Virus record (IMG/VR): IMGVR_UViG_3300032280_000361
Source: a virus
Lineage: Duplodnaviria; Heunggongvirae; Uroviricota; Caudoviricetes
Direction: 5' to 3' (one strand)
DNA length: 64,000 bases
Part shown: piece after piece, positions 19,381 through 28,653 of the stretch
Position numbering within the stretch: position 1 is the stretch's first letter
Layout of the letters: each line of letters starts with the position of its first letter
Translations under genes and position numbers: made by a program
The notes under the pieces: model-generated
Told to the model about the DNA's origin: nothing
The model's database searches: none
Seen by the model: only the letters and a program-made list of their open reading frames with translations

Positions 19381-20021
19381 TATATTAAACTCTTTTCTTT
19401 TTTAATTAAATCAAACCCAACATTACCTGCAAATACGATTCTATCCTTAGTTGATTTGTAAGAGGAAGCGGGTACATGTGGTACTCCAGATTCCATAATT
19501 ATCACATCATTTTCTTGCGGAAGAATATGGTATATCTCTTTATTTCTTCCTTCTATATACAACACACCATCATTACCCTCTAAGTTATCAGGCATCTGTA
19601 TGTAATGAACGTATGTATATGTAGGAACGAACATTTTGTTTAATTCGTTTAAGTAAATGTGATTATGGAATTCTATCTCATTTGATTTTTTAAAATTATG
19701 CTGTTTTGGATTAATTGCCCTAACAACATTCACCCACGCATCTGTGTTGACCTTATTATATGGGATATCAGTAGTATCAAATAATTCAATACATCTATCT
19801 ACACCAAACTTAGCTATAAAATCTAATTTAGCCTTAGGTATAATTTCTCCAGTAAAATTTAAATCATTCCATTCTCTAAGGTATCCAAAATTATCACCTG
19901 GTACGTCTCCCAATGATTCCATTACCTGAAAGCATTCATCTAAGACACCATCTTTAAAGTCTGATATATCAAATTTAGTTCTCCATATATAAGTTTCATC
20001 ATCAAAGTATATCTTTTCCAT
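19380..20021 (-). CDS. cupin/2OG-oxygenase-like hypothetical protein
   Basis: FHNHIYLNE ... GVPHVPASS..DRIVFAGN; weak HxD/E...H...R pattern. Confidence 0.35.
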   Translation of the reverse strand: MEKIYFDDETYIWRTKFDISDFKDGVLDECFQVMESLGDVPGDNFGYLREWNDLNFTGEIIPKAKLDFIAKFGVDRCIELFDTTDIPYNKVNTDAWVNVVRAINPKQHNFKKSNEIEFHNHIYLNELNKMFVPTYTYVHYIQMPDNLEGNDGVLYIEGRNKEIYHILPQENDVIIMESGVPHVPASSYKSTKDRIVFAGNVGFDLIKKEKSLI

Positions 20022-20022
20022 A

Positions 20023-21267
20023 TTATATCAATTCTTTTTTTAATACCTTTTTATTTTTTCTAAAAATAGTAGAGTAGTTATTTACAAAAAATGTCAATTC
20101 ATTTGGGGAGACTTCTTCTAACTCCAATGCCTTAACTAATTCCACATTAGTTTTAGGTATTAGAAAATTATTCTCATCCAATATGTTTTTTAATTTAGTA
20201 GGAATCGGCATCTTTACACAATCTTTCCAAAATGGAGTATCATCTCTTTCGGCTAGATAGTGATATCGGATGAAACATAAATTTTGTTCATTTATCTCAT
20301 AACACCATTTATTATATCTTTCTTTCAACTCCTCATTAAATTCTAAATCAATTAATCTTTTTAACTGCATTATAGTTGACATCAAAGCAGTTGCTTCCAA
20401 TGGTTCAATAAATCCATATGATAAACCTATTGATATTGAATTACCTATCCAACTTCTCTTATGTGTTCCAGGTTTAAAATCAAACACCTTCTGTAGTGTT
20501 ATTTCTTTGCCTACATAATCCTCTATTTCCTTCTTAGCATCCTCTAGTGAAATATAATTATCGTTGAATGCATATCCACATCCCCATCTATGTTGAAGTG
20601 GTATTCTAAACATCCACCCACTATCCATCGATATAACTTCTGTGAAGGTTTTATCACCAAACTCAATCTCATCTTCCTGTGGCAGAAAATACCCAAATGC
20701 TTTATTTAATAAAAGATATTTTGAATAATCAACCCACTCTTCATTATGAACTTTATCTATTATAATTCTAGCAAAACCACTACAATCAAATACAAAATCC
20801 AAATCAATAATACCACCATCTTTTAATTCTAAATTAACTATAGTTTCACCATTATTATTAATATGGATAACTTCATCATCTATACATTTAACTCCTCTAT
20901 CTGTAGCAATTTCTTTGAAGTATTTAGCAACCAATCTCGCATCGAAATGATATGCGTATTGATTGGTAAACTGATTTGGTTCATCACCGGTAAATAGGTG
21001 TCGCATCAACTCATTTTTACCCGTCCAATTATATAAATCTAATCCACCTTTTAAAGTAGAACCTGTGTTCTCAAAGAATTCCTTTTGATTAATTCCCAAT
21101 AGAGCTAACATTCTACCGAAGTTAGGAGTACCACCTTCACCCGCCCCCAATATCCCTATTTTAGAACTTTCTATTAGGGTAACCTCTGTATCTTCCCAAA
21201 ATTTATTAACTACTAAAGCAGTTAACCACGCAGAAGCACCACCCCCAATTATAACAATTTTTTTCAT
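20023..21267 (-). CDS. flavin-dependent halogenase (tryptophan halogenase family)
   Basis: IIGGGASAW FAD motif, IESSKIGILGAGEGGTPNF, signature GWMFRIPLQHRWGCGYAF (GWxWxIP). Confidence 0.8.
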   Translation of the reverse strand: MKKIVIIGGGASAWLTALVVNKFWEDTEVTLIESSKIGILGAGEGGTPNFGRMLALLGINQKEFFENTGSTLKGGLDLYNWTGKNELMRHLFTGDEPNQFTNQYAYHFDARLVAKYFKEIATDRGVKCIDDEVIHINNNGETIVNLELKDGGIIDLDFVFDCSGFARIIIDKVHNEEWVDYSKYLLLNKAFGYFLPQEDEIEFGDKTFTEVISMDSGWMFRIPLQHRWGCGYAFNDNYISLEDAKKEIEDYVGKEITLQKVFDFKPGTHKRSWIGNSISIGLSYGFIEPLEATALMSTIMQLKRLIDLEFNEELKERYNKWCYEINEQNLCFIRYHYLAERDDTPFWKDCVKMPIPTKLKNILDENNFLIPKTNVELVKALELEEVSPNELTFFVNNYSTIFRKNKKVLKKELI

Positions 21268-21836
21268 AGTAATCCTTTTTTAATTTTAGAAGACGGCCAT
21301 GCATTCATAGAATATCTAATACCGGATTCTACTACGTTAACATTATGTTCTATATTAGAATCAAATATAAAAATACTACCTGCTTTTTTAGGAACGTTAT
21401 ATTCTATATCACTTACTTTGTACATAACTTCCCCACCTTCATAATTATTGTTTAGTTGAATTATTATAGTAGCAGTTGCACCATTCATTATTTCATGTGT
21501 ATCTGGATGCCAATTTAAAAAATCTCCCTCACTATATTGATTAAATGTATATTTTGGTATAGAGATATATTCTATACCATTAAAAATTTTAATAGAATTA
21601 ACCAATGATATTAATTTATGAGTTAGATTTACAAACATATTCTCTTTCATTTCATCTTCAAAGAAATAACTACCCCTTCGTTTATTATCATCTAATTTTA
21701 ATATATTATCATCTAGAATTTTACCATTAACTATTTTGCTAGAGTACATAACCTGTAAGTCGCTCTGTAATCCCCTTTGAATTAAAAGTTCACATTCATC
21801 TTTACTTAATACATCTTCTATTAATAGTGTAAACAT
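21264..21836 (-). CDS. 2OG-Fe(II) oxygenase
   Basis: WHPDTHE (HxD), HNVNVVESGIRYSMNAW (H...R.S). Confidence 0.6.
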   Translation of the reverse strand: MFTLLIEDVLSKDECELLIQRGLQSDLQVMYSSKIVNGKILDDNILKLDDNKRRGSYFFEDEMKENMFVNLTHKLISLVNSIKIFNGIEYISIPKYTFNQYSEGDFLNWHPDTHEIMNGATATIIIQLNNNYEGGEVMYKVSDIEYNVPKKAGSIFIFDSNIEHNVNVVESGIRYSMNAWPSSKIKKGLL

Positions 21837-21837
21837 A

Positions 21838-22305
21838 TTATATTAATGTTTTTTTAAAATCTTCTTCTTTAATAATATTAACACTACTTGCTATAGTGTA
21901 TTTCATTCCGTTTTCAACCGGTGTAGTTCTATTTTTTATGTTTGAAAAATATACAACTAAGTTACCTGCACCATGAGGTAATTGAAAATATTTATCACCA
22001 TCATCTATTAGAAATTGAAATCTACCTCTGAAATAATCTTCATTTAATTGTATTAAAAATGAAATATATGTTTCTTCATCTGACACCCATTCCGGATTAC
22101 TATTTTCACTAGTGTGTACGTTAAACTTAAAAGGAGATATATTTGATAGCCTATATCCTTTAAGAGTTATAAAATCGGTTACATATTTAGTTAACCTATC
22201 ATATACAATGCCACTATCTAAGACATCTCCTTTTATAATAAGAGGTAGAGTATCTTCACATTCTTTCTTTGTTAAAAAATTTTCTATAACTACGATTCTA
22301 TCCAT
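21838..22305 (-). CDS. hypothetical protein (possible cupin)
   Basis: 155-aa ORF, stop/start overlap TAATATG with next gene. Confidence 0.4.
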   Translation of the reverse strand: MDRIVVIENFLTKKECEDTLPLIIKGDVLDSGIVYDRLTKYVTDFITLKGYRLSNISPFKFNVHTSENSNPEWVSDEETYISFLIQLNEDYFRGRFQFLIDDGDKYFQLPHGAGNLVVYFSNIKNRTTPVENGMKYTIASSVNIIKEEDFKKTLI

Positions 22306-22515
22306 TTATTTCTTTAATCCGTATTTAATCCATTTATACCAAACTCTTTCGTGAATATAGTATTGTATGGGTTTGTAAATCAATTCTGCTACTCCAAATG
22401 CGGCTCCAACTTTAATTGAACCACTTATCAACCACATTAATAAGAATCCAATTACGGTACTTAAAATACGATATGAGATAGTTTTTGCAATGTGTCTCTT
22501 CCTTTCTACTATCAT
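22306..22515 (-). CDS. small membrane protein
   Basis: 69 aa, two hydrophobic helices. Confidence 0.4.
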   Translation of the reverse strand: MIVERKRHIAKTISYRILSTVIGFLLMWLISGSIKVGAAFGVAELIYKPIQYYIHERVWYKWIKYGLKK

Positions 22516-23120
22516 ATTAATGATTTTTTAATATTATCTTTTTGGAAATCAGTTCCATTGAATATTGTGTATTTTAATTCATATTCATTTCTCCATTTTC
22601 TGGTATTCGCGTATGGTAATATTTTCTTTTCTTCATCTGTTATAAGGTGTCGATAACCACTTATTCTCACATCTACTACATGTAAGGCAAACAACCCAAT
22701 AATAGTACCAACCTTAGAATTTGGTTTTGCTAACTCTAATAGTTTAGGTATATTATCATCCCAATGAGTATCATGCAATATCCCATCAAATTTTTGGTCT
22801 AATGTAGGTAATATATCAACCCAATCTCCTAATATTATCTTAGTGTTGGGTTTATTTTTAGCCCATAATAAAGCAATACGGTATATCTCAGGATGAACTT
22901 CTATGATTGTGTGAGATGTAACATTAGGATTAGATTGAATTGCATCCGCAGATATATGCATACCAAACCCTAATTCTAAAATATCTCCTCCATTTTTAGT
23001 AACTATTTCAGCTAGTTTATTCATTAAGGATGTCTCACCTCTGTGCATAACAGCCTCACCTTCTCTTCCTACTATTCTGATTTCATCCGATGAAAATATT
23101 AGTTTTTCTGTTCCATTCAT
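22512..23120 (-). CDS. class I SAM-methyltransferase-like protein
   Basis: GGDILELGFGMHIS (motif I-like), acidic residue after beta2 (TIIEVHPE). Confidence 0.45.
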   Translation of the reverse strand: MNGTEKLIFSSDEIRIVGREGEAVMHRGETSLMNKLAEIVTKNGGDILELGFGMHISADAIQSNPNVTSHTIIEVHPEIYRIALLWAKNKPNTKIILGDWVDILPTLDQKFDGILHDTHWDDNIPKLLELAKPNSKVGTIIGLFALHVVDVRISGYRHLITDEEKKILPYANTRKWRNEYELKYTIFNGTDFQKDNIKKSLI

Positions 23121-23497
23121 TATCCTTTAGTTTTATCATAAGTAATCGTTCCATCCGGTGTCATATGACCTGTTCTGATAGCAGTTCCGCTAATTACTGC
23201 TACATCGGTTGGTGGTTCGTGATAGATTACATCGTACCCTACTCCTCTACCATAGTTTACACTTTCAATATCTGGTATAATTGATAATAGAATCTTATCA
23301 AACTTATCTGTAAAGAATGGTTCGTTTGATAATTCTTTTAAAACTTGTTGTGCGGGTTTAGGATTGTTCTCATCTAATGGAACATCTCTAATTGCCACCC
23401 AAACATTTTTACCTTTTTCTAATTGTTGGTTTATTAACCATTCATGTCCTTTGTGCCAATTCTGCCATCTTCCGATGTACATTGCATACTTTTTCAT
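23120..23497 (-). CDS. cytidylyltransferase-family nucleotidyltransferase (minimal, 125 aa)
   Basis: YIGRWQNWHKGHEWLI (HxGH) and ISGTAIRTG (ISxTxxR) motifs. Confidence 0.65.
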   Translation of the reverse strand: MKKYAMYIGRWQNWHKGHEWLINQQLEKGKNVWVAIRDVPLDENNPKPAQQVLKELSNEPFFTDKFDKILLSIIPDIESVNYGRGVGYDVIYHEPPTDVAVISGTAIRTGHMTPDGTITYDKTKG

Positions 23498-24082
23498 TTA
23501 TAACAAATTTTTATTTTCTATAATAGCCTGTTTTGGTAAGGGTAATACAATCGACCACCTATCACCATTATGTATTTCTCTAATTTCATGTTCAATCTTA
23601 CAATTATATGCCAATGCAGTACCAATCTCCTTTGATATAATTATCTCCTTTCCCATATAATCCCAACACACATATTCACCACCTTCATAATTATCGTTTA
23701 ATTGTATCCCTAAATTATATCTTCTATCAGGATGTAGTGGTGATAAATCTATATGTTTATTAAATTTATCTCCCTTTATATAATGATGTAAACCCGTATC
23801 TATCATTTTTACATCTGTATTAATCTGAACTCCACTTTTAGATTCAAACCAATTTATTAATTTATCAAACATCCATTCAGTATCATCATTATTTGGTATG
23901 CTGTAAAAATTATAAGAAAAAGAAGTACGGTGTGTTAATCTATTTCCATCTATAGTTATATCACCGTTTTTAATGAACTTACCATCTCTGTTAAATTTAT
24001 CTTCTATTATAGGATATAAGTTTGAATATTCTATAATTTTATTACACTCATCTTTTGAGAAAATTCTTTCTTGCCAAATCAT
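23498..24082 (-). CDS. 2OG-Fe(II) oxygenase, P4H-like
   Basis: KHIDLSP (HxD), KIEHEIREIHNGDRWSIVLPL (H...R.S). Confidence 0.65.
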   Translation of the reverse strand: MIWQERIFSKDECNKIIEYSNLYPIIEDKFNRDGKFIKNGDITIDGNRLTHRTSFSYNFYSIPNNDDTEWMFDKLINWFESKSGVQINTDVKMIDTGLHHYIKGDKFNKHIDLSPLHPDRRYNLGIQLNDNYEGGEYVCWDYMGKEIIISKEIGTALAYNCKIEHEIREIHNGDRWSIVLPLPKQAIIENKNLL

Positions 24083-24522
24083 AAATCTAATTTTTGTAAT
24101 AATTTTCTATACGATTGAAATTCGTTATCAATTGTCGTATCACAATCTATAAAATTTTCAATCGGTGGTTGATATCCTTCTACAAAGAACTGCTCTCTTC
24201 CTCTCTCTTTGGTTGTATGAACGTATATTTCTTTTATATTATCATTACCTATCAATTCCTTAAATGAATCCCTTTGGTCTTTATATGGGGAAACTAATGA
24301 TACTAATGCAAACCCTCCTTTATTATGTATGAAGTGTGAAAGATGTTGAGCCAATTCTACATTCTTTCTACGACCCACCTCTGAGTAATCTTTGTTATTG
24401 AAGATTTGTCTTATATCATCTCCATCTACAATCATAGGATGTAAAGAATGAAGATGAGTATATAACATTTTTACTAAGGTTGTTTTACCTGCTCCTGGCT
24501 GACCCGTTAACCAATAAATCAT
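24079..24522 (-). CDS. cysC: adenylyl-sulfate (APS) kinase
   Basis: IYWLTGQPGAGKTTL P-loop, IVDGDDIRQIF, LVSLVSPYKDQRD match APS kinase blocks. Confidence 0.85.
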   Translation of the reverse strand: MIYWLTGQPGAGKTTLVKMLYTHLHSLHPMIVDGDDIRQIFNNKDYSEVGRRKNVELAQHLSHFIHNKGGFALVSLVSPYKDQRDSFKELIGNDNIKEIYVHTTKERGREQFFVEGYQPPIENFIDCDTTIDNEFQSYRKLLQKLDL

Positions 24523-25646
24523 TTGTATATGTATTTTACTATTTTCTTACTTTGATTATGCTGTACATTACTATATTCCATAACATTATGTATATACTCT
24601 TTCAAATACTTTCGTTGTACATCATTATACCATTCCATATCGTTATTCAGTATAGTTTCTAAATGGTTCATAAATTCCTCCCCTTCTCCAAAAAAATATA
24701 TAGGGGAATTAAATGTAAATCCCATTTTTTCTAATGCATATTTAACTTCTTTTTTTCCATAATATACAAAAGGATTTCCAGATTTTAGAGCCTTACATAT
24801 TTTCTCTGATGTGTATGCACCATTCATTTTTAATAAGTGTTGAGTCTCTGTTATTATTTCAAAAAAGGATTCAAAATATATTCTATAATTCATAGGAACT
24901 GTACCAATATGATTAATACCTAATATTTTCTTTTTCTGTTGTTCTACTTCACTAATCTTAGATAATCCCGGATAGGTATCATAGTACATAGGATATTTAA
25001 TACCACACTCTTCACATTGTTTTAAAAAAGATTCTTCTGATTCTATACCGAAATGTATATCATTAAAATCTATTAAATTAAAAGATATGTTACCTTCCGA
25101 TTGTTTATTATTCTTATGAATTAATTTAAGTATTTCAAATCTAATAGGAGAGAAGTGATTATTAAGAAACATAAATTTTTTCTTTATTGTCCCTAAATCT
25201 GCACGCTTAATTATATCCAATGCATGTACGAATTCCACTTCACAATTTTCGGTTACCCATTGATTAGGATTGTAAAAAATAAAACCATCTTTACCTAAAT
25301 AATTTATATCATTGGTTAAAAAAATTAAAGGTTTGTTATGAAGAAGGGTTTTGTAAAAATTTATAATACCATTTGTATTTTTGCTTTCTTCTATCGCAAA
25401 GTTTATTATAAATCGTATATCAGAATTAAAATCATATATAGATTCTATCTTATCTCTTAGCCTATTAACTAATATTTGATTATTATAATCAAACGAATCC
25501 ATAGATTTACTGATTTCTATTAATTTTACATTTTTATCAAATGGAGTATTCGTACTAAATCCTCTTGGTAAATAAAATACCAATCCACCATCTCTGATTT
25601 CAGTTTCACCATTATTGAATATGTATAAAGCTGTTAAACCAATCAT
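24519..25646 (-). CDS. hypothetical protein
   Basis: 375-aa ORF overlapping both neighbours by 4 nt (operon). Confidence 0.45.
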   Translation of the reverse strand: MIGLTALYIFNNGETEIRDGGLVFYLPRGFSTNTPFDKNVKLIEISKSMDSFDYNNQILVNRLRDKIESIYDFNSDIRFIINFAIEESKNTNGIINFYKTLLHNKPLIFLTNDINYLGKDGFIFYNPNQWVTENCEVEFVHALDIIKRADLGTIKKKFMFLNNHFSPIRFEILKLIHKNNKQSEGNISFNLIDFNDIHFGIESEESFLKQCEECGIKYPMYYDTYPGLSKISEVEQQKKKILGINHIGTVPMNYRIYFESFFEIITETQHLLKMNGAYTSEKICKALKSGNPFVYYGKKEVKYALEKMGFTFNSPIYFFGEGEEFMNHLETILNNDMEWYNDVQRKYLKEYIHNVMEYSNVQHNQSKKIVKYIYK

Positions 25647-26521
25647 ATTATATCTTTTTGTACCATATTAAAAATCGATTCACCAAAATATTCATGTCCC
25701 TCTAAACTATAATGTAAATTTTCTATACCAACATCTTTTAATGTGTAAGTGTTCTCTTCTATACGTTTGGTATCATTCATAGGTAATACATTATTAAGTA
25801 TCTTATCATATCCAAACTCCATTCCACTTGCCATTCTATGTGCAATTGAGTAAGATTCAAACCCATTCATTTGCATTAATTGATTGTATGCCATTAAGTT
25901 ATTTAAGTTCTCATATTGAACTAAATAATCAGTCATTACAAAATTAGTAAAGTATGAAAAGAATGTATGGAATTTTTCCGAATCAATTGGTATATCATTG
26001 TGTTTAAGCCAATCCTCTACTATGTTAACTTGATTCATACCAGGATTAAGAGAATGTACCAAACTCTTATAAGTCATATCTGCTCTAAACGAACCACTCC
26101 ATTGAGTTATACACAAAGGATTTTTATAATTTTTTAAAAGAGATTTATCATACTTCTTATAAATTCTTTTATTGGGTTCTAAAAATACCCAATTATCTTC
26201 TCCAACTTTATAATCATATATGAAATATGGATTAACTTTAGGCTCTATACCAGAAATATAATACCATCTACGCAGAATAGATTTATTAGATGAACCACTC
26301 TTAGATATGTTTAAAAGTGGAACACCCAATAATTCTGCTATTTTTAATCCCCAACTAAAAGACCTATCTAAAAATACTTCGTTATTGGAATGCTTTTTTA
26401 ATTCCAACCAATAATCGTAGTACTTACATTCTTCTTTGTATGTATCAAATTGTCTATATAACCCATTACCTTCGGAAAATGAATCTCCGTTGATAATTAC
26501 TAAATCATATTTCATGTTCAA
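25643..26521 (-). CDS. SGNH/GDSL-like hydrolase (paralog 2 of 4)
   Basis: N-terminal VIINGDSFSEGNG block. Confidence 0.45.
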   Translation of the reverse strand: MNMKYDLVIINGDSFSEGNGLYRQFDTYKEECKYYDYWLELKKHSNNEVFLDRSFSWGLKIAELLGVPLLNISKSGSSNKSILRRWYYISGIEPKVNPYFIYDYKVGEDNWVFLEPNKRIYKKYDKSLLKNYKNPLCITQWSGSFRADMTYKSLVHSLNPGMNQVNIVEDWLKHNDIPIDSEKFHTFFSYFTNFVMTDYLVQYENLNNLMAYNQLMQMNGFESYSIAHRMASGMEFGYDKILNNVLPMNDTKRIEENTYTLKDVGIENLHYSLEGHEYFGESIFNMVQKDII

Positions 26522-26933
26522 AATTTATCTTAACCCACTTCTCTCTACTATCTAATTCAAAAGAAGCTATATATTTTTGTTTCCAAGCATTTGGTGGAAT
26601 GAGAGAAAGAAAAACCGATTCATCATCTCTCATATAAAGATGATATGTTTCTCCCATTACAGGTTGAAAATTAAACTGGGCAGTATATACTAACTCATTC
26701 CAATTATATTCATCTATTAGTTTTTGTGCTTCCGCTTTTATCTCATCATAGCGTGATTTAAAGTGATGGTTAACTCTAACAACGCCTCTTAACTTCCAAC
26801 CGGAAACATCTTCTAATTTAATCGCGGGAGCTCCGTGATTACTACCATAAGTTAATTCCCTTTGATAGTAACCACGTTCTTCATCCCATACTACTAAATC
26901 TGGTTTATCCTTTTGTTTTCGTTTCTGTGTCAT
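26505..26933 (-). CDS. hypothetical protein
   Basis: 142-aa ORF. Confidence 0.4.
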   Translation of the reverse strand: MTQKRKQKDKPDLVVWDEERGYYQRELTYGSNHGAPAIKLEDVSGWKLRGVVRVNHHFKSRYDEIKAEAQKLIDEYNWNELVYTAQFNFQPVMGETYHLYMRDDESVFLSLIPPNAWKQKYIASFELDSREKWVKINFEHEI

Positions 26934-27342
26934 TTTTCAAAAGGCATGATAGGTGGTCTACTCCTACTAAATAATCAGATTCAACCTCAAAAGTATTTTC
27001 ACCACAATAAGAACAATTCCATCCATCAGTTTTTTTAACTTCAACTTCATAACTTCCACCCAAATCATGACGAGTTTCAGTTTTAAATTGTTTCTTAGTG
27101 ATTACTTCTCTTTGTTTTTCACCTATCTTTCTTCTGTATATCGTAGTGCCATTATCAGGTGATTCGTATATAAAAGTTTCCTTACCATCTAATAATAATT
27201 GTTTCTCTATAAAAGAAGCAACATCATCTTCCTTAGTAATCTTTCCAATTGCATCTATAATATCAAATAAAGATTTATCTGTTTTTAAATGTAATACAGA
27301 GAGTTCACCACTTTTTTCAATTGTAATCTTAATTTCTTCCAT
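26905..27342 (-). CDS. hypothetical protein with CxxC pair
   Basis: 145 aa, WNCSYCGEN. Confidence 0.4.
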   Translation of the reverse strand: MEEIKITIEKSGELSVLHLKTDKSLFDIIDAIGKITKEDDVASFIEKQLLLDGKETFIYESPDNGTTIYRRKIGEKQREVITKKQFKTETRHDLGGSYEVEVKKTDGWNCSYCGENTFEVESDYLVGVDHLSCLLKNDTETKTKG

Positions 27343-27346
27343 TTTT

Positions 27347-28198
27347 TTATTCGGTTTCTACAAAGGTATAAAAACTTTTTGAATTTTCCAAATCTGGTTG
27401 TGTTTTACTTTCACCTAATCTTATTTCCTCTTCCAAATCATATCTTTCTAACAATCTCTTTACGATACCACTTCTTACACAATCCTCCTTTGAGAACTCT
27501 ACTTGATATACACCCTCTACCCCCATAAAGCGATTCCATATATCATAGAACCCACTCTTTTGATATGCAGGTACTCCATTTGCTCTAAACTTATCACATT
27601 GAGAAAGGTCTCCGCATATTACCAACTTACTATCATCTGATATACGCGTTACGAGTGTTTTTAGCTGAGCAGGAGAGGCGTTCTGCGACTCATCCATAAA
27701 GATGTATGTATTATTAAAGTTCATCCCTCTAAGGAAGTTTAAAACCTTAAATTCTATCTTACCCGCTTCAATCAAACGGATGGTTTCTTTTTCTCCTATA
27801 ATTTTGTGAAGTATTCCTATTGAGGATTCATTGTGATAAGCTATCTTCTCCATCAAATCACCAGGAAGGTGACCTAACTTATCTTCGTTACCAACATCAA
27901 CCGTTGGGTTTATAATAACCATTTTATATATTCCACTATTCCTTTGGTATAACAACTCTATACCTTTTTGTATTCCGATGAATGTCTTACCTGCCCCTGC
28001 CAATGCATGAGCCATAACTATATTATTTTTTTGTGATTCGATTGCCTTATACAATCTCTTTTGATTTCTTGTTTTAAATTCTATTGGTGTTATTAATTTA
28101 GGTATCCCTCCTACTTTGTTTTCTACAATTTCTCCAATTGTGTTTGTAACTGTTTGCTCTGTAGCACTCTTTGTAATCCTTTTAGATACTTTACCCAT
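27347..28198 (-). CDS. phoH: PhoH-like ATPase
   Basis: AHALAGAGKTFIG Walker A, FMDESQNASP Walker B, VICGDLSQCD. Confidence 0.8.
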   Translation of the reverse strand: MGKVSKRITKSATEQTVTNTIGEIVENKVGGIPKLITPIEFKTRNQKRLYKAIESQKNNIVMAHALAGAGKTFIGIQKGIELLYQRNSGIYKMVIINPTVDVGNEDKLGHLPGDLMEKIAYHNESSIGILHKIIGEKETIRLIEAGKIEFKVLNFLRGMNFNNTYIFMDESQNASPAQLKTLVTRISDDSKLVICGDLSQCDKFRANGVPAYQKSGFYDIWNRFMGVEGVYQVEFSKEDCVRSGIVKRLLERYDLEEEIRLGESKTQPDLENSKSFYTFVETE

Positions 28199-28231
28199 AA
28201 ATTTAATGTTAGGTTATTCTTCTATCATAAC

Positions 28232-28603
28232 TTAACCAATCTTCATAAGAATCAATTTTTCTTTCTTACTAACTCTAGAAGATGGTTTTTTGGTTTTTAT
28301 CTTCTGTATTAGATTTCTAATTTCAACGCATTGTTCATATTCTTCTTTATTTTGAAAATACAACATACACATAGATAGAACTTCTGCATATTCATCTCTA
28401 GTAATTACAATCATAGTACGAGAGTAATCATCTATAGTGATACATAGTTCTTTTAAATTCCTGGCGGAAGCAGTCTTAATTTGTTTGAAAAAAGTTTGAT
28501 AAATAATATCGCCCTTATTTTTTAGATGGCCTGAGAATCCACCTTCACCCTCAACATCACTTAAATAGTTTTTCCAATTTAAACGATAATATATTCTCTT
28601 CAT
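28232..28603 (-). CDS. hypothetical protein
   Basis: 123-aa ORF. Confidence 0.4.
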   Translation of the reverse strand: MKRIYYRLNWKNYLSDVEGEGGFSGHLKNKGDIIYQTFFKQIKTASARNLKELCITIDDYSRTMIVITRDEYAEVLSMCMLYFQNKEEYEQCVEIRNLIQKIKTKKPSSRVSKKEKLILMKIG

Positions 28604-28653
28604 ATCGATTGGGTTTATATCAATAAGTATTAAAAACTTTTTTTAGATATCTA

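Noticed and set aside
21838-22305. Fifth or sixth 2OG oxygenase
   Set aside because: Only a loose HGAG...NR pattern is present without a clear HxD, so it is left as hypothetical.
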